Source: a virus. From it: DNA of 64,000 nucleotides. A program made the position numbers and the translations under genes. The stretch is from IMG/VR virus record IMGVR_UViG_3300021424_000003, positions 1-64,000 of that record; one strand, given 5' to 3'. Positions 27,617 to 38,251 of this stretch are shown here, piece after piece. Every line of letters begins with the position of its first letter. Within the stretch, counting starts at the first letter, position 1. The notes under the pieces were generated by a model, which made no database searches, had not been told where the DNA came from, and saw nothing but the letters and a program-made list of their open reading frames with translations.

Positions 27617-28330
27617 TCATGTTAAGTCCCCTGTGAGTAGGTAAGAATTTAAATCAACACATACTAGCGTCGCCACTGAATAGCGCGCCCTTAGGCTTAA
27701 GGAACGAGCCGTGTCAACAGATACTCCAGCTCCTGGGATTATTGTAAAAGTTCCAGTCGCACGTCTAGCAAAATCAACTTTTTGACCAATCGCGAAACCT
27801 GTTGATGAATTAATCTCAAGCGTGCATGTTGTTGTGTTGTATAAAAGTTTTCCAGCCGCAGAAGCACCTAGGGGGCCATTAGAGACAGCCTCAACGGGTT
27901 GCGCATTGCTCCACAGGGAGACCCATGATTCTCCATCCCACAAAAAGTAAGAATTAGTATCTGTAGCGTAGGCGAGACAGCCCTCCGGTAGAGCAGCAAC
28001 AACTTCCGGGTATATTGCTGTGGACTCCATGATTAAAATCATTGATTGATTAATAGGTCTTGCGTTTCCAAAAACAACCATAGAAGTCATTGCCTGGTTA
28101 GAGAAAGCACAGAGCACCGTGTCGTCAATTATCATCTTGGTGCTTTGCGTTACGCCGAGGGGCATTAGGGGGCCATATGAAATTCCAAGAGCCTGCACAT
28201 ATATTACTATCCGTCCATCTGGGTAGGCCTTGGTGACAACACCTTGATACATCTCCCCTGGTCTCTTAGGGGCAGATGCTGCCTTATCGCGACGAACTGG
28301 GGCGTTCTGAATTCCATAATCTGAAATCAT
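27617..28330 (-). CDS. Baseplate spike/gpV-like OB-fold protein
   Basis: YQGVVTKAYPDGRIVIYV...DDTVLCAF; position between hub and gp25. Confidence 0.55.
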   Translation of the reverse strand: MISDYGIQNAPVRRDKAASAPKRPGEMYQGVVTKAYPDGRIVIYVQALGISYGPLMPLGVTQSTKMIIDDTVLCAFSNQAMTSMVVFGNARPINQSMILIMESTAIYPEVVAALPEGCLAYATDTNSYFLWDGESWVSLWSNAQPVEAVSNGPLGASAAGKLLYNTTTCTLEINSSTGFAIGQKVDFARRATGTFTIIPGAGVSVDTARSLSLRARYSVATLVCVDLNSYLLTGDLT

Positions 28331-30267
28331 GATGCGCCTGGAGTGTTTTCGAATTTCCCATTTGGAAATCTTTTTTTCATAACTTCTAATTGCTGTCTAG
28401 ATATGAGTTTTCCATAAATAGATGCGTTGGCTATTGCTTCTTTTGTTGTGTTTCCACGAGCTTTGGCAAGAAACAAACCAGAAGATTCCGCATATCTAAA
28501 AGAGCTTGTATCTGATTCGATATAACCACCAACTATTTTGTTTTGTATGACTGCGATTTGCTTACCATGTATCGGTGTTGGAACAGAAATAGTTACCCTA
28601 TTCCCCATGACATTGATACTATTTATTCTAAATAAAGTTGTTGATGCGGCTAGCCTTGATGAGCTAGATGCGTTTTTAAAATCTACAGGTAATATTGTTA
28701 GTGTGTCGTTGACCTGTAGGTCAGATACAGAGTCAACCCCCAGATGCAAATATGGTGCCTTCTGAAAAGAAACAGATGAAGCAACGGGAACAAGCCCAGA
28801 TGCATCTGAAGACCTAAAAAAGCTGAGAATTTGACACCTAGAAAGTTGAACAGGTACAGAACCAGAAGAAAGCACTTTTGTCCATATTTGTGGAACCAAA
28901 AGAGCGTAAGGCTTGCCACCGTTTACCCCGCTTTTTCTAGTCACAAAAGTTGCTGAATATAAGGTTCTTGGTTCATTGTCAACCATAAACACCGGCCTAG
29001 ACCATAGGTTTATGTTCCCTGTTTCAAAAATGCCCTTAGTTTTCGGGGGGTAGTTGTATGGGAGTGACGCACTAGGGAGTGGAAATATGTTTAAGTTTGC
29101 TGGCGGAGTAAAAAATCTAGGTATGTTGTCCTGTTTAAAAACTTGATTCTGCACAACAGAAGTATTGGCCAAGACGTCTATCACCTGCGGACCCCTTTTG
29201 CCAATTTCTAAGTCTTTTATTTCTTTTTCTTCTTTTTCTGGCTTCTTAAAAGATATATTCACGGGGTCTGGAACCAGGTCACTGAATGTGACTGAATCGA
29301 TTAGGTAGTAGCCATTAAACGTTGGTACGCCGTCTATTTTTATTGTCATTCCGGGACGAAGACGGACGGCGTTCGCTCTGTCGATAATTGCATTGCCACT
29401 CCCATCGAAAGGATTATTTTCCGAAATCGTCACGTTTGGAACAGATAGAAGCTGTAGTGAATTTCTGGCTGATGACTCGATTGTTGGCTGAAAAGAAAAC
29501 GGCTTCACTGAAGATTGTTGAAAGTGTGACTTATATATCACCGGTATGTACTTATTTTGTTTTGAGTCTGACTTTTTCTTGGTTTTCTTTTTACTCAGGG
29601 GAACTTCGTGTGTACCCCATCTCTTCAGGAGGAACTTTTCTGAAGCAAATACCAGATATCCGTCAACTTCAAAAACTACGAATTTAGCTTCTGTAGCCAG
29701 ATTTGTTATAACATCCCACACAGAGTCTGCTTTATTTCCGCCCGATGCTTTATTTATCTGCTGTTTTTTGTTCGTACTTTGTCCAAAAAACTTAAGACCA
29801 TATTTTTTCGCTGCCTGCTGCACAAAGGCGGTTCCGCTACCCTTTATACTGCCTGGTCTCCTATCTCTTTTCATTTGTTGAATAGCCCTCGAGTAGCAGC
29901 GAACCTCCACGGTTGGGCTTGCTCCTGGCCCCTGAGATACCGTAACGTTGGCTATCTCAAAAAGCTGTGTTTGCTTTTCTTTTACATCGGGATTCCTTGT
30001 CCCCTCAATCGTCCCAAATGTTTCTGTTACATAGGCAACAATTCTTCCTATTGAGAAATAGTTGTTCTCGAGCATTTTGAGACCAGTATCGCTTACGCTA
30101 AAAGATATTTCACTTGACATATTCATCGCATAACTAACGTTTAGGTTTATAAGGTTTGCCCTTACGTCGGCAATTTGGTAGTTCTTTTCGTCTACGAAGT
30201 AGATAACACCGCCCGCCTGTCTTAGGAGACTTGTTGGTGTCGGCAAATAGGTTATCGAAGCAGGCAT
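28327..30267 (-). CDS. Baseplate hub (gpD/gp44-like) protein
   Basis: WDVITNLATEAKFVVFEVDGYLVF, LRPGMTIKIDGV..FNGYYLIDSV. Confidence 0.7.
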   Translation of the reverse strand: MPASITYLPTPTSLLRQAGGVIYFVDEKNYQIADVRANLINLNVSYAMNMSSEISFSVSDTGLKMLENNYFSIGRIVAYVTETFGTIEGTRNPDVKEKQTQLFEIANVTVSQGPGASPTVEVRCYSRAIQQMKRDRRPGSIKGSGTAFVQQAAKKYGLKFFGQSTNKKQQINKASGGNKADSVWDVITNLATEAKFVVFEVDGYLVFASEKFLLKRWGTHEVPLSKKKTKKKSDSKQNKYIPVIYKSHFQQSSVKPFSFQPTIESSARNSLQLLSVPNVTISENNPFDGSGNAIIDRANAVRLRPGMTIKIDGVPTFNGYYLIDSVTFSDLVPDPVNISFKKPEKEEKEIKDLEIGKRGPQVIDVLANTSVVQNQVFKQDNIPRFFTPPANLNIFPLPSASLPYNYPPKTKGIFETGNINLWSRPVFMVDNEPRTLYSATFVTRKSGVNGGKPYALLVPQIWTKVLSSGSVPVQLSRCQILSFFRSSDASGLVPVASSVSFQKAPYLHLGVDSVSDLQVNDTLTILPVDFKNASSSSRLAASTTLFRINSINVMGNRVTISVPTPIHGKQIAVIQNKIVGGYIESDTSSFRYAESSGLFLAKARGNTTKEAIANASIYGKLISRQQLEVMKKRFPNGKFENTPGAS

Positions 30268-31967
30268 TATGATACGCCCCTGGCGCGTAGCGCCCCATCT
30301 GTTGCCGTGGAATTATATCTATCTATAGCTGCCTGTACTCTTGCATAATCCTTACTTGGAATTGTCCAGTAAGAACATTTGGCATTTTTTGTCTGCCTCT
30401 CAATAAGTTTCTGTGCCTTTAGAGCCAGTGCTAGCCCTGAGTTTACGGGGAGTTGCTGCAGGTTAATCTTAAGTTTGTTGGCGCCCGACAGTGTGGTTCC
30501 GGCGGCCCCTCTTCCACAACCCTCGATTGTTTCTCCATCTTTTGGCGGAGGAGGATTCCACGGTGGTGGCTTTGGGAACTTAATTAAGTCAACAAGTTCG
30601 TGCGGAAACTCCGTTAGAGTTATGTCGCATGATGCTCTGCTTATTGAGCCATTAACGTTTCTGTAGACAGATGTAACACTAAATTCTGATATTACAAATA
30701 GAGCGCCCGCATTGCTTGAGTTCTTAAACGGAAATTTCAGCTGAGTTGACATTATTTCGTCAAGACCCATAAACACTATCGGGTAAGGAGACAGCGATAT
30801 TTTTCTTAAATTGTTCAGCTGCTGGTCCACCGACGTGGTTATAACTTTTCCATCTATTGCGCTATCAAGCGTTCCTGATGTGTCAGATGAAACAAGGAAT
30901 GTGAAAGAAACCTGCATCAGCTTGTAGCTCTGCCAGTCAACTATTGGCCTATTGGCTACTCGTTCTATGGTTGACCAGTTAGAGCCTATTGAGCTATATG
31001 AAATTTGATTAGGTTTATGCAAGAACTGGTGCGACAGGGGTGCGATTGTGTTATCGGTAACCTGCATTAATTTGGGTGTCACTGGCACTTGCGCAAGTGT
31101 TCTCGGTGCACCAGCTGCATTGATAAGCTGTCCTCTTGACCTTTGAGCATCCCCCACGCTGACAGATATATTAACTGGCATTCCAGCTGAACGAGAAGCA
31201 ACAGCACGTGGAGTAGAGGTTGATAAAGCGGCTCTGGTAGCTAGGGCCTCCGAGGATTTTGCATCAACAAGGGCTATGGCCTGTTCTCGAGTTTTGCCAA
31301 TAGATACAAGTTCATCAACTTGTGCTAGGCGTATCGATTCCCCGGCTGCAGCCATAAGCGAATCCGTCGACTGACCAGAAGTGTCCCTGGTAAAAAGAAC
31401 GTCAAGCATGAATTGGGTGTCTCGTGTTCCAGGTGCGGAAAACTTGGCAAAAGGATAAAATTTATTTTCAAATGGGTTATGCCAATACCCGGGGTAGACA
31501 AGGTCCCCATTGTCGTCATTGACTGCTGTATACGTCTGGGAGCTTTCCACCCAAACCTGTATGTTGCTGTAAGAGTATGGGTTTAGTGATGAATTAAGAG
31601 GGAATTTCTTTAATCGAGCAGTGGCTACATACAGTTTATTGCCGGAATATTTATGCGTGAAGACCGGAAAAGAACCTGTATATTTTCTTCGCAGCTGCGT
31701 AGGTCTCGTCACCACTCTTTTTTCATATTTAATACGAGATTGCTCGACAAGTTCGTCCCCCGCCGTGTACTGGACATATGAACCCATTAGAGGTAATGGC
31801 ATCCAGTATTCGTCTTCGTCCAACCTTGACGAAGAGACGCCATCGGGCTGTGTTCTAAATAGGTGATAGACCGGATATCCGGGGTATAGAACACCTACAC
31901 CGTTTTGTATCTTTCTCACCTCTACGTAAAAATATGTATTTCTGATAGCTTGGTTTACAGGCATCAC
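30267..31967 (-). CDS. Tail tube-initiator-like baseplate protein
   Basis: C-terminal P..ISYS...W..IER..RP...ISRASCDITLTE; located right after the tape measure gene. Confidence 0.55.
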   Translation of the reverse strand: MMPVNQAIRNTYFYVEVRKIQNGVGVLYPGYPVYHLFRTQPDGVSSSRLDEDEYWMPLPLMGSYVQYTAGDELVEQSRIKYEKRVVTRPTQLRRKYTGSFPVFTHKYSGNKLYVATARLKKFPLNSSLNPYSYSNIQVWVESSQTYTAVNDDNGDLVYPGYWHNPFENKFYPFAKFSAPGTRDTQFMLDVLFTRDTSGQSTDSLMAAAGESIRLAQVDELVSIGKTREQAIALVDAKSSEALATRAALSTSTPRAVASRSAGMPVNISVSVGDAQRSRGQLINAAGAPRTLAQVPVTPKLMQVTDNTIAPLSHQFLHKPNQISYSSIGSNWSTIERVANRPIVDWQSYKLMQVSFTFLVSSDTSGTLDSAIDGKVITTSVDQQLNNLRKISLSPYPIVFMGLDEIMSTQLKFPFKNSSNAGALFVISEFSVTSVYRNVNGSISRASCDITLTEFPHELVDLIKFPKPPPWNPPPPKDGETIEGCGRGAAGTTLSGANKLKINLQQLPVNSGLALALKAQKLIERQTKNAKCSYWTIPSKDYARVQAAIDRYNSTATDGALRARGVS

Positions 31968-34900
31968 GAACGCTCCCTGGCTATTGATTCGGCACGCTTT
32001 ATCTTCTGCATAACAACATTGGCTATTTCTTCTGGCGAACTATTGCCACCATTGATGTGGAATGTATATGTATTACCACCACTGCTTGAAGTGCCAGCGA
32101 CAGCGGTGGAAGACATCGTATTAACAGATGGCGTCATTGCATCGCCTATCGCGCCAGGACCCGGGACGACGTGCAGATGTCTGCTGCCAGCTGTTCCATG
32201 GAATTCAGCAAAACCACCCGACTGGCGAGTTAGCACTGCATACTGGCCAAGATTCTGACCAACAAGGTCTATCGCTCTCCCCGTTACATGGTCTGAGTTT
32301 ATTGAGCCAAGATTCCCAGTCCTGTATGAGGAAGTAATTGTTCTGTTGCCAGTTAGTTGCGCATTTATTGCGCCATGGCGAGCCATTGTCTGCGATAGAC
32401 GCGAAGAAGTTGTATCACCAACAGAAGAGCCACGAGGAGTTGATGTGTCAGCTTTTTCTGCAATAAGTTTTATAAACTTATTCGTCATCCACTCTGGTTT
32501 GTTCGTACTGCTGAAGTATATAGCCATATTCTTCGAGAAGTTGTCCACAGCGGTTTTAAACGTTTCGCTGGCAGTATCCATCTTTTCAGCAACCAGATTT
32601 GCCCCCTCGTCCATGTCGCTAAGGGAAAGCTTATTGTTTTGTCCGTACTGAGCAAATATTTTGCTAGCTTGAGCCGACATAAATTCAGATTCAGTTGCAA
32701 AACCTGAATCTTTAATTAGCTTCTTTTTCTCTTCTTCTGTTTTATCAGCAAGAGGATTTTTAAAGTTAATCTTTCCAGCTTCATAGTCGGTAAGGAACTT
32801 ACGTCTGTTATCGGCACTCATTCCAGATATGAGGCCGCCTATCTCTTTATCGTTAGACAGGAACCCAAGACCAGCCATCTGCGCCGATATGTCGGCAGAA
32901 GCAGTGCCTATAAATCCCTGCTCTGTTCGTCTGTTTGAGGCATCAAGAGCATTTGTGACTCTATCTGTGAAGAAGTCCTTTGGGTCTATCCCGTACATAA
33001 AGCCACCAGGTTTAAATGCGGCTCCTGGGGCATCCTTTGTTCCTAGCTGGTCCTGCTGACCATAAAGCGCATCAATGGGGCTGTCGAACATAGAAAGTGA
33101 TGATTCCTGGAACTTCTTTAGCGCTTCAATAACAGCTATCGGGTCATTCCCGGAATCGACTGCACTAGCCAATGCAAAACCAGCTTCGTCGTATATTTGT
33201 GGGTCAACTATATTTTTTATGGCTTCGTCAAATGCACTTAAACCATCAGCAAATGAGTCGATGTTCATATTCTTTAGTTCTATCGCTGTTTTTCTAGTGG
33301 CAAATCCAAGGTCTGTAACAAGCTTGGTGAAGTCAACCATAGGGTCATAAAGGTCTATACCAAGTTTCTTTGCTAGTTGTTCAATTTCAGCGCCAGACTT
33401 ACCACTAGCCTCTTGTAGACGTTTCATTCTCACAGTCGTCTGCTCGTCTATGGTCTTCATTGCGTCGATTCTGTCCGGTAGACCTTTTTGCAGCTCTTTA
33501 AAACCAGAAGCCTCATCTTTGTCTAGCTTCTTAAGTTCTTCCTCTGAGAACAGGTCTTTAAATGCTGGGTCTTTTAGGGCGTCCTTGAAAACTGCTTTAT
33601 CTTTTTCTAGTTGCTTTTTACGCCCACCTCTATTGAATAGACCCTTCACTCCGCCAGCTATTCCGCCAACAAGACCGCCGATAGTCCCACCTATTGCTGC
33701 GCCTATTCCAGCCCCTATCGCTATGCCAAGTGGCCCGCCCACTGAACCTAATACTCCACCGGCAACCGTTCCCAAGCCTCCACCAATTTTTGCTCCCCCC
33801 TTAAACCCCCTCCCGGCTTGCTCCAAGGTTGAACCGGCGTACTTACCCTTGAATCCACCCTTCTGTAGTTTCTCCTGAAATCTTCCCAACTTGTCAGCAG
33901 TGTTTCCGGCCACACCACTCAAGCCCGCATCCATATTGGATATGTCGCCGCCTGCTGCCACGGTTGCTTCGATTCTTTTAATTCTTTCACCAGCGGCAAC
34001 AAATTCACTCATCATTATGTTGTCGAGGAATCCATTCATTGCTGCTTTAGCTTCTTTTGCACGTACGGCCATTCCGTTGGTGAATCCCCTAATTGCACCA
34101 GTTATGGTCCCCAGCGCTGCACCAACTGCAGTACCTATGCCAGGAGCAATCATCGTTCCTATTGCGGCACCAGCGCCAGCACCAGTTAATGCTCCAGCCT
34201 TAGCGCTTTGCGCATTAAGAGCTGCGCCTCCAAGACCAACAGCAAGACCGGCAAGCGGGTTGAATTGACCGACTATTCCTCCAAGAGCCATTGCACCCTG
34301 CATCTCTTCAGGCATAAATTGAGACGCAAGAGACATCCCCATACCTACGCCCATCTTTGCGCTCATTGAGTTGTTTATTCCGCCAATGCCAAGTTTTTCG
34401 TTGCCAAGGATTGCGGAGCCAAGTGCGCTTTCTCTTCTTGACCTGTTTGCCAGCCCGGCCATCCTCATGCGCGTCCCTACGCCTTCTCCTCTGCCGGAAA
34501 ATCCTTTTGTGGATACCTGACCAGCTTCGTTTATGGTTCCTATCTGTTGCCCAGTTTTAGTGCTAAGAATTCGACCAGTTGGAACCCTTACGTCATTCCC
34601 ATCGGCATCTTTTACAGTCGTCATTTCTTGGAATGCATACCTACGCCCGGTTGTCTTTGAGCGGAATAGGTCGTTTTCTCTTCCGTCTAGACCAAACGCC
34701 GGGTTGTATTGAGCACGATACATACGGGTTAGAAAATTAAGACGAGATGTTGCCCCAGTTGTTCCTGGTCCTCCAGCTCCCGGGGGCGCGGTGCCAGGTC
34801 CGCCTGTTCCACCGGACGGTGAACCTCCGGCACCAGGAGTCGTTCCAGCTGTGTATCCATTTCCAGGTCCACGTGCACCTGAAGAGAGTCTTTCTCCGCT

Positions 34901-36931
34901 ACCAGCGCCAGGGGTGACCCCCCTGGATGAAAGCCATGCGGCTGCTTGGTCTTTTTCCGGTCCAGGCGGGAGCAAGTCATATCTCCTTTGTATTGCTGCT
35001 ATTCTTGCTGGGCTAGCAGAAGACACGATTTTCGGCTGGGAGGTCGCAACAAGAGCGGAGCTTGTTGCAGTGCCTGTCATTGAACCAGGGCCAATCGCAC
35101 CCATAATTCTTGGACCCGGACCTATAGCCCCCATTGGTCTTGAACCTGGGCCCAACCCCGGATATATGGGCCCGGGTCCTATCGTTCCCCTTGGCTGCTG
35201 TCCGGGACCTATTGGGAGTGGACCGCGAGGTGGTGGGGTTCCTCCTGGTTGAGTAGGTATTGGTCTTCCACCAATATTTACGACCGGGGTATTGATGTTT
35301 ACAGTGTTCGGAGCCATGGCATTGTCTTTGCCCAGATATCCGCCTTTATGCCCCTTCATCTGGCGGAACATTATTGCTAGTGCCATCAGTCCAGCGCCAC
35401 CCTTGCCACCGAACATGTTCGTAAACATTCCAAATATGCTATTAAGCATCTTTACAACATCCGTGAGTCCCTTAACTAGGTCGTTTATAAATGGCAATGC
35501 GTCAAAGAATGCTTTTCTAAATGTTTTGGATATATCCATCACCGCATTAAGCAAATTTCCGATATTAGTACCAAGCTCCCCGAGGTCATCCTTGTATTTA
35601 ATTACCTGCTCATTGAATTGACCAAGGGCGTCTTTTATGCCTGCCTTAAGTTCTTTCCATATGTTGCCAAACATTCCCTCAATGGCCCTGGCGCCCTCGA
35701 TGTATGGCTTTAGGTTCTCTTTAGTTATTCTGAACCATCTACTTACTCTTTGCCACCAGTTCCCAATGTCTTTGAAAAATCCTTTTGTTTCGGGAAGCCA
35801 TTCACGTACAAGTTTTACAAAGAAATTAGACGTCTTCTCTATACCGCTGACAAGCGAGTCCATCATTGGTCCGCGACCGAATTCAGCAAGTGAGCCGGAT
35901 ACCCGAAGAAGGTCTTTCCTTATGATGCGATATATTTTCTCTATCGCTACCTTTGCTGGGCCGAGGAATTCCTGACCGAAATCTCCGAAATCTCCTCTAA
36001 GGAGAGTGAAATACTTTTTTATTGATGCAATAAGAGTTTGATTCACTGCTTCAAACTGACCGGCCACACCGCCCATTTTGGCTAGTTCGCCAGACATGAT
36101 TAGGGCTTTAAGTTCTTTCTTAGATGTAACTTTTGCCTTCTTGAGCGCAGCTTCCATTTCTGGGCCGAGTTCTTTAGCGGCAGCCTTAACATCAGTCATA
36201 CTCTTCTTTGAGTCATTTAGGGCGGCAATAACGGCACCGACCTGCTCAGCAGCCTGTGCTGGGTCCTTACCTGCTGCACCGAAATCCATAAGATTCTTTA
36301 GGAGCCCACTTGTCTTTGCTATCTGAGCAGAGTTCATTGACTTAGACATCGATGTATACGCTTTATTTATTGCTTCGACACCAAGGCCTGCCAGGTTTGC
36401 GTCCCTTTGCAAAGCTCGCATCGATGCTCTCGTTTGGTTGAGTCCTGCACCAAACGCAGGTGCGCCCTTGCCCTTGAAGGCATACATCGCTGCTTGCGAT
36501 TCACGTTGAGCAGCAGCAAAAGTTCCCAAAGCAACTGCGGCCGACGCCGCAGCACCAGCTATGGCAGTCATGCCAAATGCGTACGCTTTATGAAGATACT
36601 TTCCAGCAACAAATAGAGCGTGGATTCCGACTAGCGCAGCAGATAGTAGCGCCATCTGAATCAGGGTTCCCTTAATTGCCAGACCGAGAACCTTAGACAG
36701 GCCCATGCCCATCATCTTGATTCCTTTGTCCATTGAGTCGAAGACTTTTCTTGTCCTCGTAGCAGCAATCAGGAAGGTTGACATCTGTGTGCCAGCCACC
36801 TGAGCGCCAGAGGAAAGGCGCGACATCCTCCGCTCTAGGCCGGTTATGGCTTTATCGAGGGCTTTTACTTCGGCAGCGCCCTGTAACGCTCCCTTTACCT
36901 CAATATTAATTGTCGCTTCGGCCCTAGCCAT
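31964..36931 (-). CDS. Tape measure protein with glycine zippers and C-terminal M15-type Zn peptidase
   Basis: 1655 aa, Ala/Gly-rich helical; GAxxG zippers; SSYR...SDHVTGRAID...HLHV. Confidence 0.85.
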   Translation of the reverse strand: MARAEATINIEVKGALQGAAEVKALDKAITGLERRMSRLSSGAQVAGTQMSTFLIAATRTRKVFDSMDKGIKMMGMGLSKVLGLAIKGTLIQMALLSAALVGIHALFVAGKYLHKAYAFGMTAIAGAAASAAVALGTFAAAQRESQAAMYAFKGKGAPAFGAGLNQTRASMRALQRDANLAGLGVEAINKAYTSMSKSMNSAQIAKTSGLLKNLMDFGAAGKDPAQAAEQVGAVIAALNDSKKSMTDVKAAAKELGPEMEAALKKAKVTSKKELKALIMSGELAKMGGVAGQFEAVNQTLIASIKKYFTLLRGDFGDFGQEFLGPAKVAIEKIYRIIRKDLLRVSGSLAEFGRGPMMDSLVSGIEKTSNFFVKLVREWLPETKGFFKDIGNWWQRVSRWFRITKENLKPYIEGARAIEGMFGNIWKELKAGIKDALGQFNEQVIKYKDDLGELGTNIGNLLNAVMDISKTFRKAFFDALPFINDLVKGLTDVVKMLNSIFGMFTNMFGGKGGAGLMALAIMFRQMKGHKGGYLGKDNAMAPNTVNINTPVVNIGGRPIPTQPGGTPPPRGPLPIGPGQQPRGTIGPGPIYPGLGPGSRPMGAIGPGPRIMGAIGPGSMTGTATSSALVATSQPKIVSSASPARIAAIQRRYDLLPPGPEKDQAAAWLSSRGVTPGAGSGERLSSGARGPGNGYTAGTTPGAGGSPSGGTGGPGTAPPGAGGPGTTGATSRLNFLTRMYRAQYNPAFGLDGRENDLFRSKTTGRRYAFQEMTTVKDADGNDVRVPTGRILSTKTGQQIGTINEAGQVSTKGFSGRGEGVGTRMRMAGLANRSRRESALGSAILGNEKLGIGGINNSMSAKMGVGMGMSLASQFMPEEMQGAMALGGIVGQFNPLAGLAVGLGGAALNAQSAKAGALTGAGAGAAIGTMIAPGIGTAVGAALGTITGAIRGFTNGMAVRAKEAKAAMNGFLDNIMMSEFVAAGERIKRIEATVAAGGDISNMDAGLSGVAGNTADKLGRFQEKLQKGGFKGKYAGSTLEQAGRGFKGGAKIGGGLGTVAGGVLGSVGGPLGIAIGAGIGAAIGGTIGGLVGGIAGGVKGLFNRGGRKKQLEKDKAVFKDALKDPAFKDLFSEEELKKLDKDEASGFKELQKGLPDRIDAMKTIDEQTTVRMKRLQEASGKSGAEIEQLAKKLGIDLYDPMVDFTKLVTDLGFATRKTAIELKNMNIDSFADGLSAFDEAIKNIVDPQIYDEAGFALASAVDSGNDPIAVIEALKKFQESSLSMFDSPIDALYGQQDQLGTKDAPGAAFKPGGFMYGIDPKDFFTDRVTNALDASNRRTEQGFIGTASADISAQMAGLGFLSNDKEIGGLISGMSADNRRKFLTDYEAGKINFKNPLADKTEEEKKKLIKDSGFATESEFMSAQASKIFAQYGQNNKLSLSDMDEGANLVAEKMDTASETFKTAVDNFSKNMAIYFSSTNKPEWMTNKFIKLIAEKADTSTPRGSSVGDTTSSRLSQTMARHGAINAQLTGNRTITSSYRTGNLGSINSDHVTGRAIDLVGQNLGQYAVLTRQSGGFAEFHGTAGSRHLHVVPGPGAIGDAMTPSVNTMSSTAVAGTSSSGGNTYTFHINGGNSSPEEIANVVMQKIKRAESIARERS

Positions 36932-36998
36932 AGGCGCTCCAACACTCTCAGACGATTTCTGTTTTAAAAAAATCGCGTGAGTGTAGGATGGCCAGGCT

Positions 36999-37196
36999 TT
37001 AGCCGGCGGCTTTCGCCCTACGCTCCTGCTCTTCGCGGTCGTTACTTATAACTTTAGCACAGGCAAGACGTATCAACCACTCCTCCTCAGAGGAGGCAAG
37101 AATAAGCACGGGGTCCGTGCCAAACAGTTCCCCAAGTCTGGCCGAAGATATGACCAGTGGGTCTTCAACTAATTCGTCGAAGACCCCTTCGTAGGG
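36999..37196 (-). CDS. Tail assembly chaperone -1 frameshift extension (gpGT-like)
   Basis: ATG-less open frame PYEGVFDELVEDPLV...RRAKAAG* overlapping the end of the chaperone at GAC-CCT-ACG. Confidence 0.65.
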   Translation of the reverse strand, partial: PYEGVFDELVEDPLVISSARLGELFGTDPVLILASSEEEWLIRLACAKVISNDREEQERRAKAAG

Positions 37197-37705
37197 TCCT
37201 CGACATCAACCGAATCGGAGTACCCGGCGGCGTCAAGAATCGAAAGAGCCGCAGCTTCGATGTGTGGGTCAACACCGAAGAACTCACGAACACAATCCGG
37301 AAGAGGCCTTGTCGTCTGAGTCATTTCGAGAATTGCGGGGGAGGCGAACGTCAGCTCATTGCCATTGTCGTCAAATACCTCTTCATCATCAAAGAGGAGA
37401 CCGATTGTTGTATGCCCAATAACTGAACATGCAAAACGTGTTGCATCCATGCCGTTTCTGGTGTCCTCACCAGCCTGCTTACGCCAGTTTTTCATCTGAT
37501 TTTGAGTGATGTTGGGGCTTATCTTTATCTTGACGCCAGGACGTTCTGGAACTGGGATATAGACAATGGGACGCTCCACTTTTTTCCTGATGACAGCAGA
37601 AAGCTTCTGGAGGGGGGTTTCGTTTGCCGGTAATTCGGCAGCCCTGCCCTTTGCCTTTGCGGGAGTCGGACTATCTGTTGTGTAAAGTTCAGTGTTATCG
37701 CTCAT
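37169..37705 (-). CDS. Tail assembly chaperone (gpG-like)
   Basis: Between tube and tape measure; ends EDPTKGSSTN; preceded by TGCTAGTTT-7nt-ATG (leaderless). Confidence 0.7.
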   Translation of the reverse strand: MSDNTELYTTDSPTPAKAKGRAAELPANETPLQKLSAVIRKKVERPIVYIPVPERPGVKIKISPNITQNQMKNWRKQAGEDTRNGMDATRFACSVIGHTTIGLLFDDEEVFDDNGNELTFASPAILEMTQTTRPLPDCVREFFGVDPHIEAAALSILDAAGYSDSVDVEDPTKGSSTN

Positions 37706-37757
37706 AGCGGAGAAACTAGCACACGAATCTGTGCGCTGCGTGAACTAGATAAAATTA

Positions 37758-38237
37758 TCAGCCAGCAGCACCCGCGCCAGACTCCACGTCTGAAATTGCA
37801 AATGTGAGGGAAAATGTGGCTGGGGCACCCGAGGATGAGTCGCCGTCTGGCTCCGTTATTCCTACCAGCAGGGCCTTTGCGTACACGCGGTCTGTGCCGG
37901 GAACCTTGAGGTCGCAGTCGAAGGTCTCAACCGTGATGTCATATTCCGCACGGCCGACCAGCGGACGAAGGGAGGCGATTTTCTCACCAATACCGGTGTT
38001 CGAGTCGGAGGCGATACGGTCATCGTCGTAGTGAGCAGTAAGCGTAATGTCGCCAACTTCAGATGGAGCACAGAGAACCGTTGGGCGCAGCTTGCCGCCC
38101 TCATAAATCTTCTCCACCGATGCGGTAATTTCGCCACCGGACACTTGAGCAAAGTAAAAGCCCGTCCATTTGGGGTGCTTTTCCGGAGCGACCGGAACAA
38201 TGCTCGCTAGTACTTGACGCTGAGATACTTTTGCCAT
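37758..38237 (-). CDS. Tail tube protein
   Basis: 159 aa immediately downstream of the sheath; FAQVSGGEI...GDITLT...FSLTF. Confidence 0.75.
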   Translation of the reverse strand: MAKVSQRQVLASIVPVAPEKHPKWTGFYFAQVSGGEITASVEKIYEGGKLRPTVLCAPSEVGDITLTAHYDDDRIASDSNTGIGEKIASLRPLVGRAEYDITVETFDCDLKVPGTDRVYAKALLVGITEPDGDSSSGAPATFSLTFAISDVESGAGAAG

Positions 38238-38251
38238 ATTTCTATCCCTCT

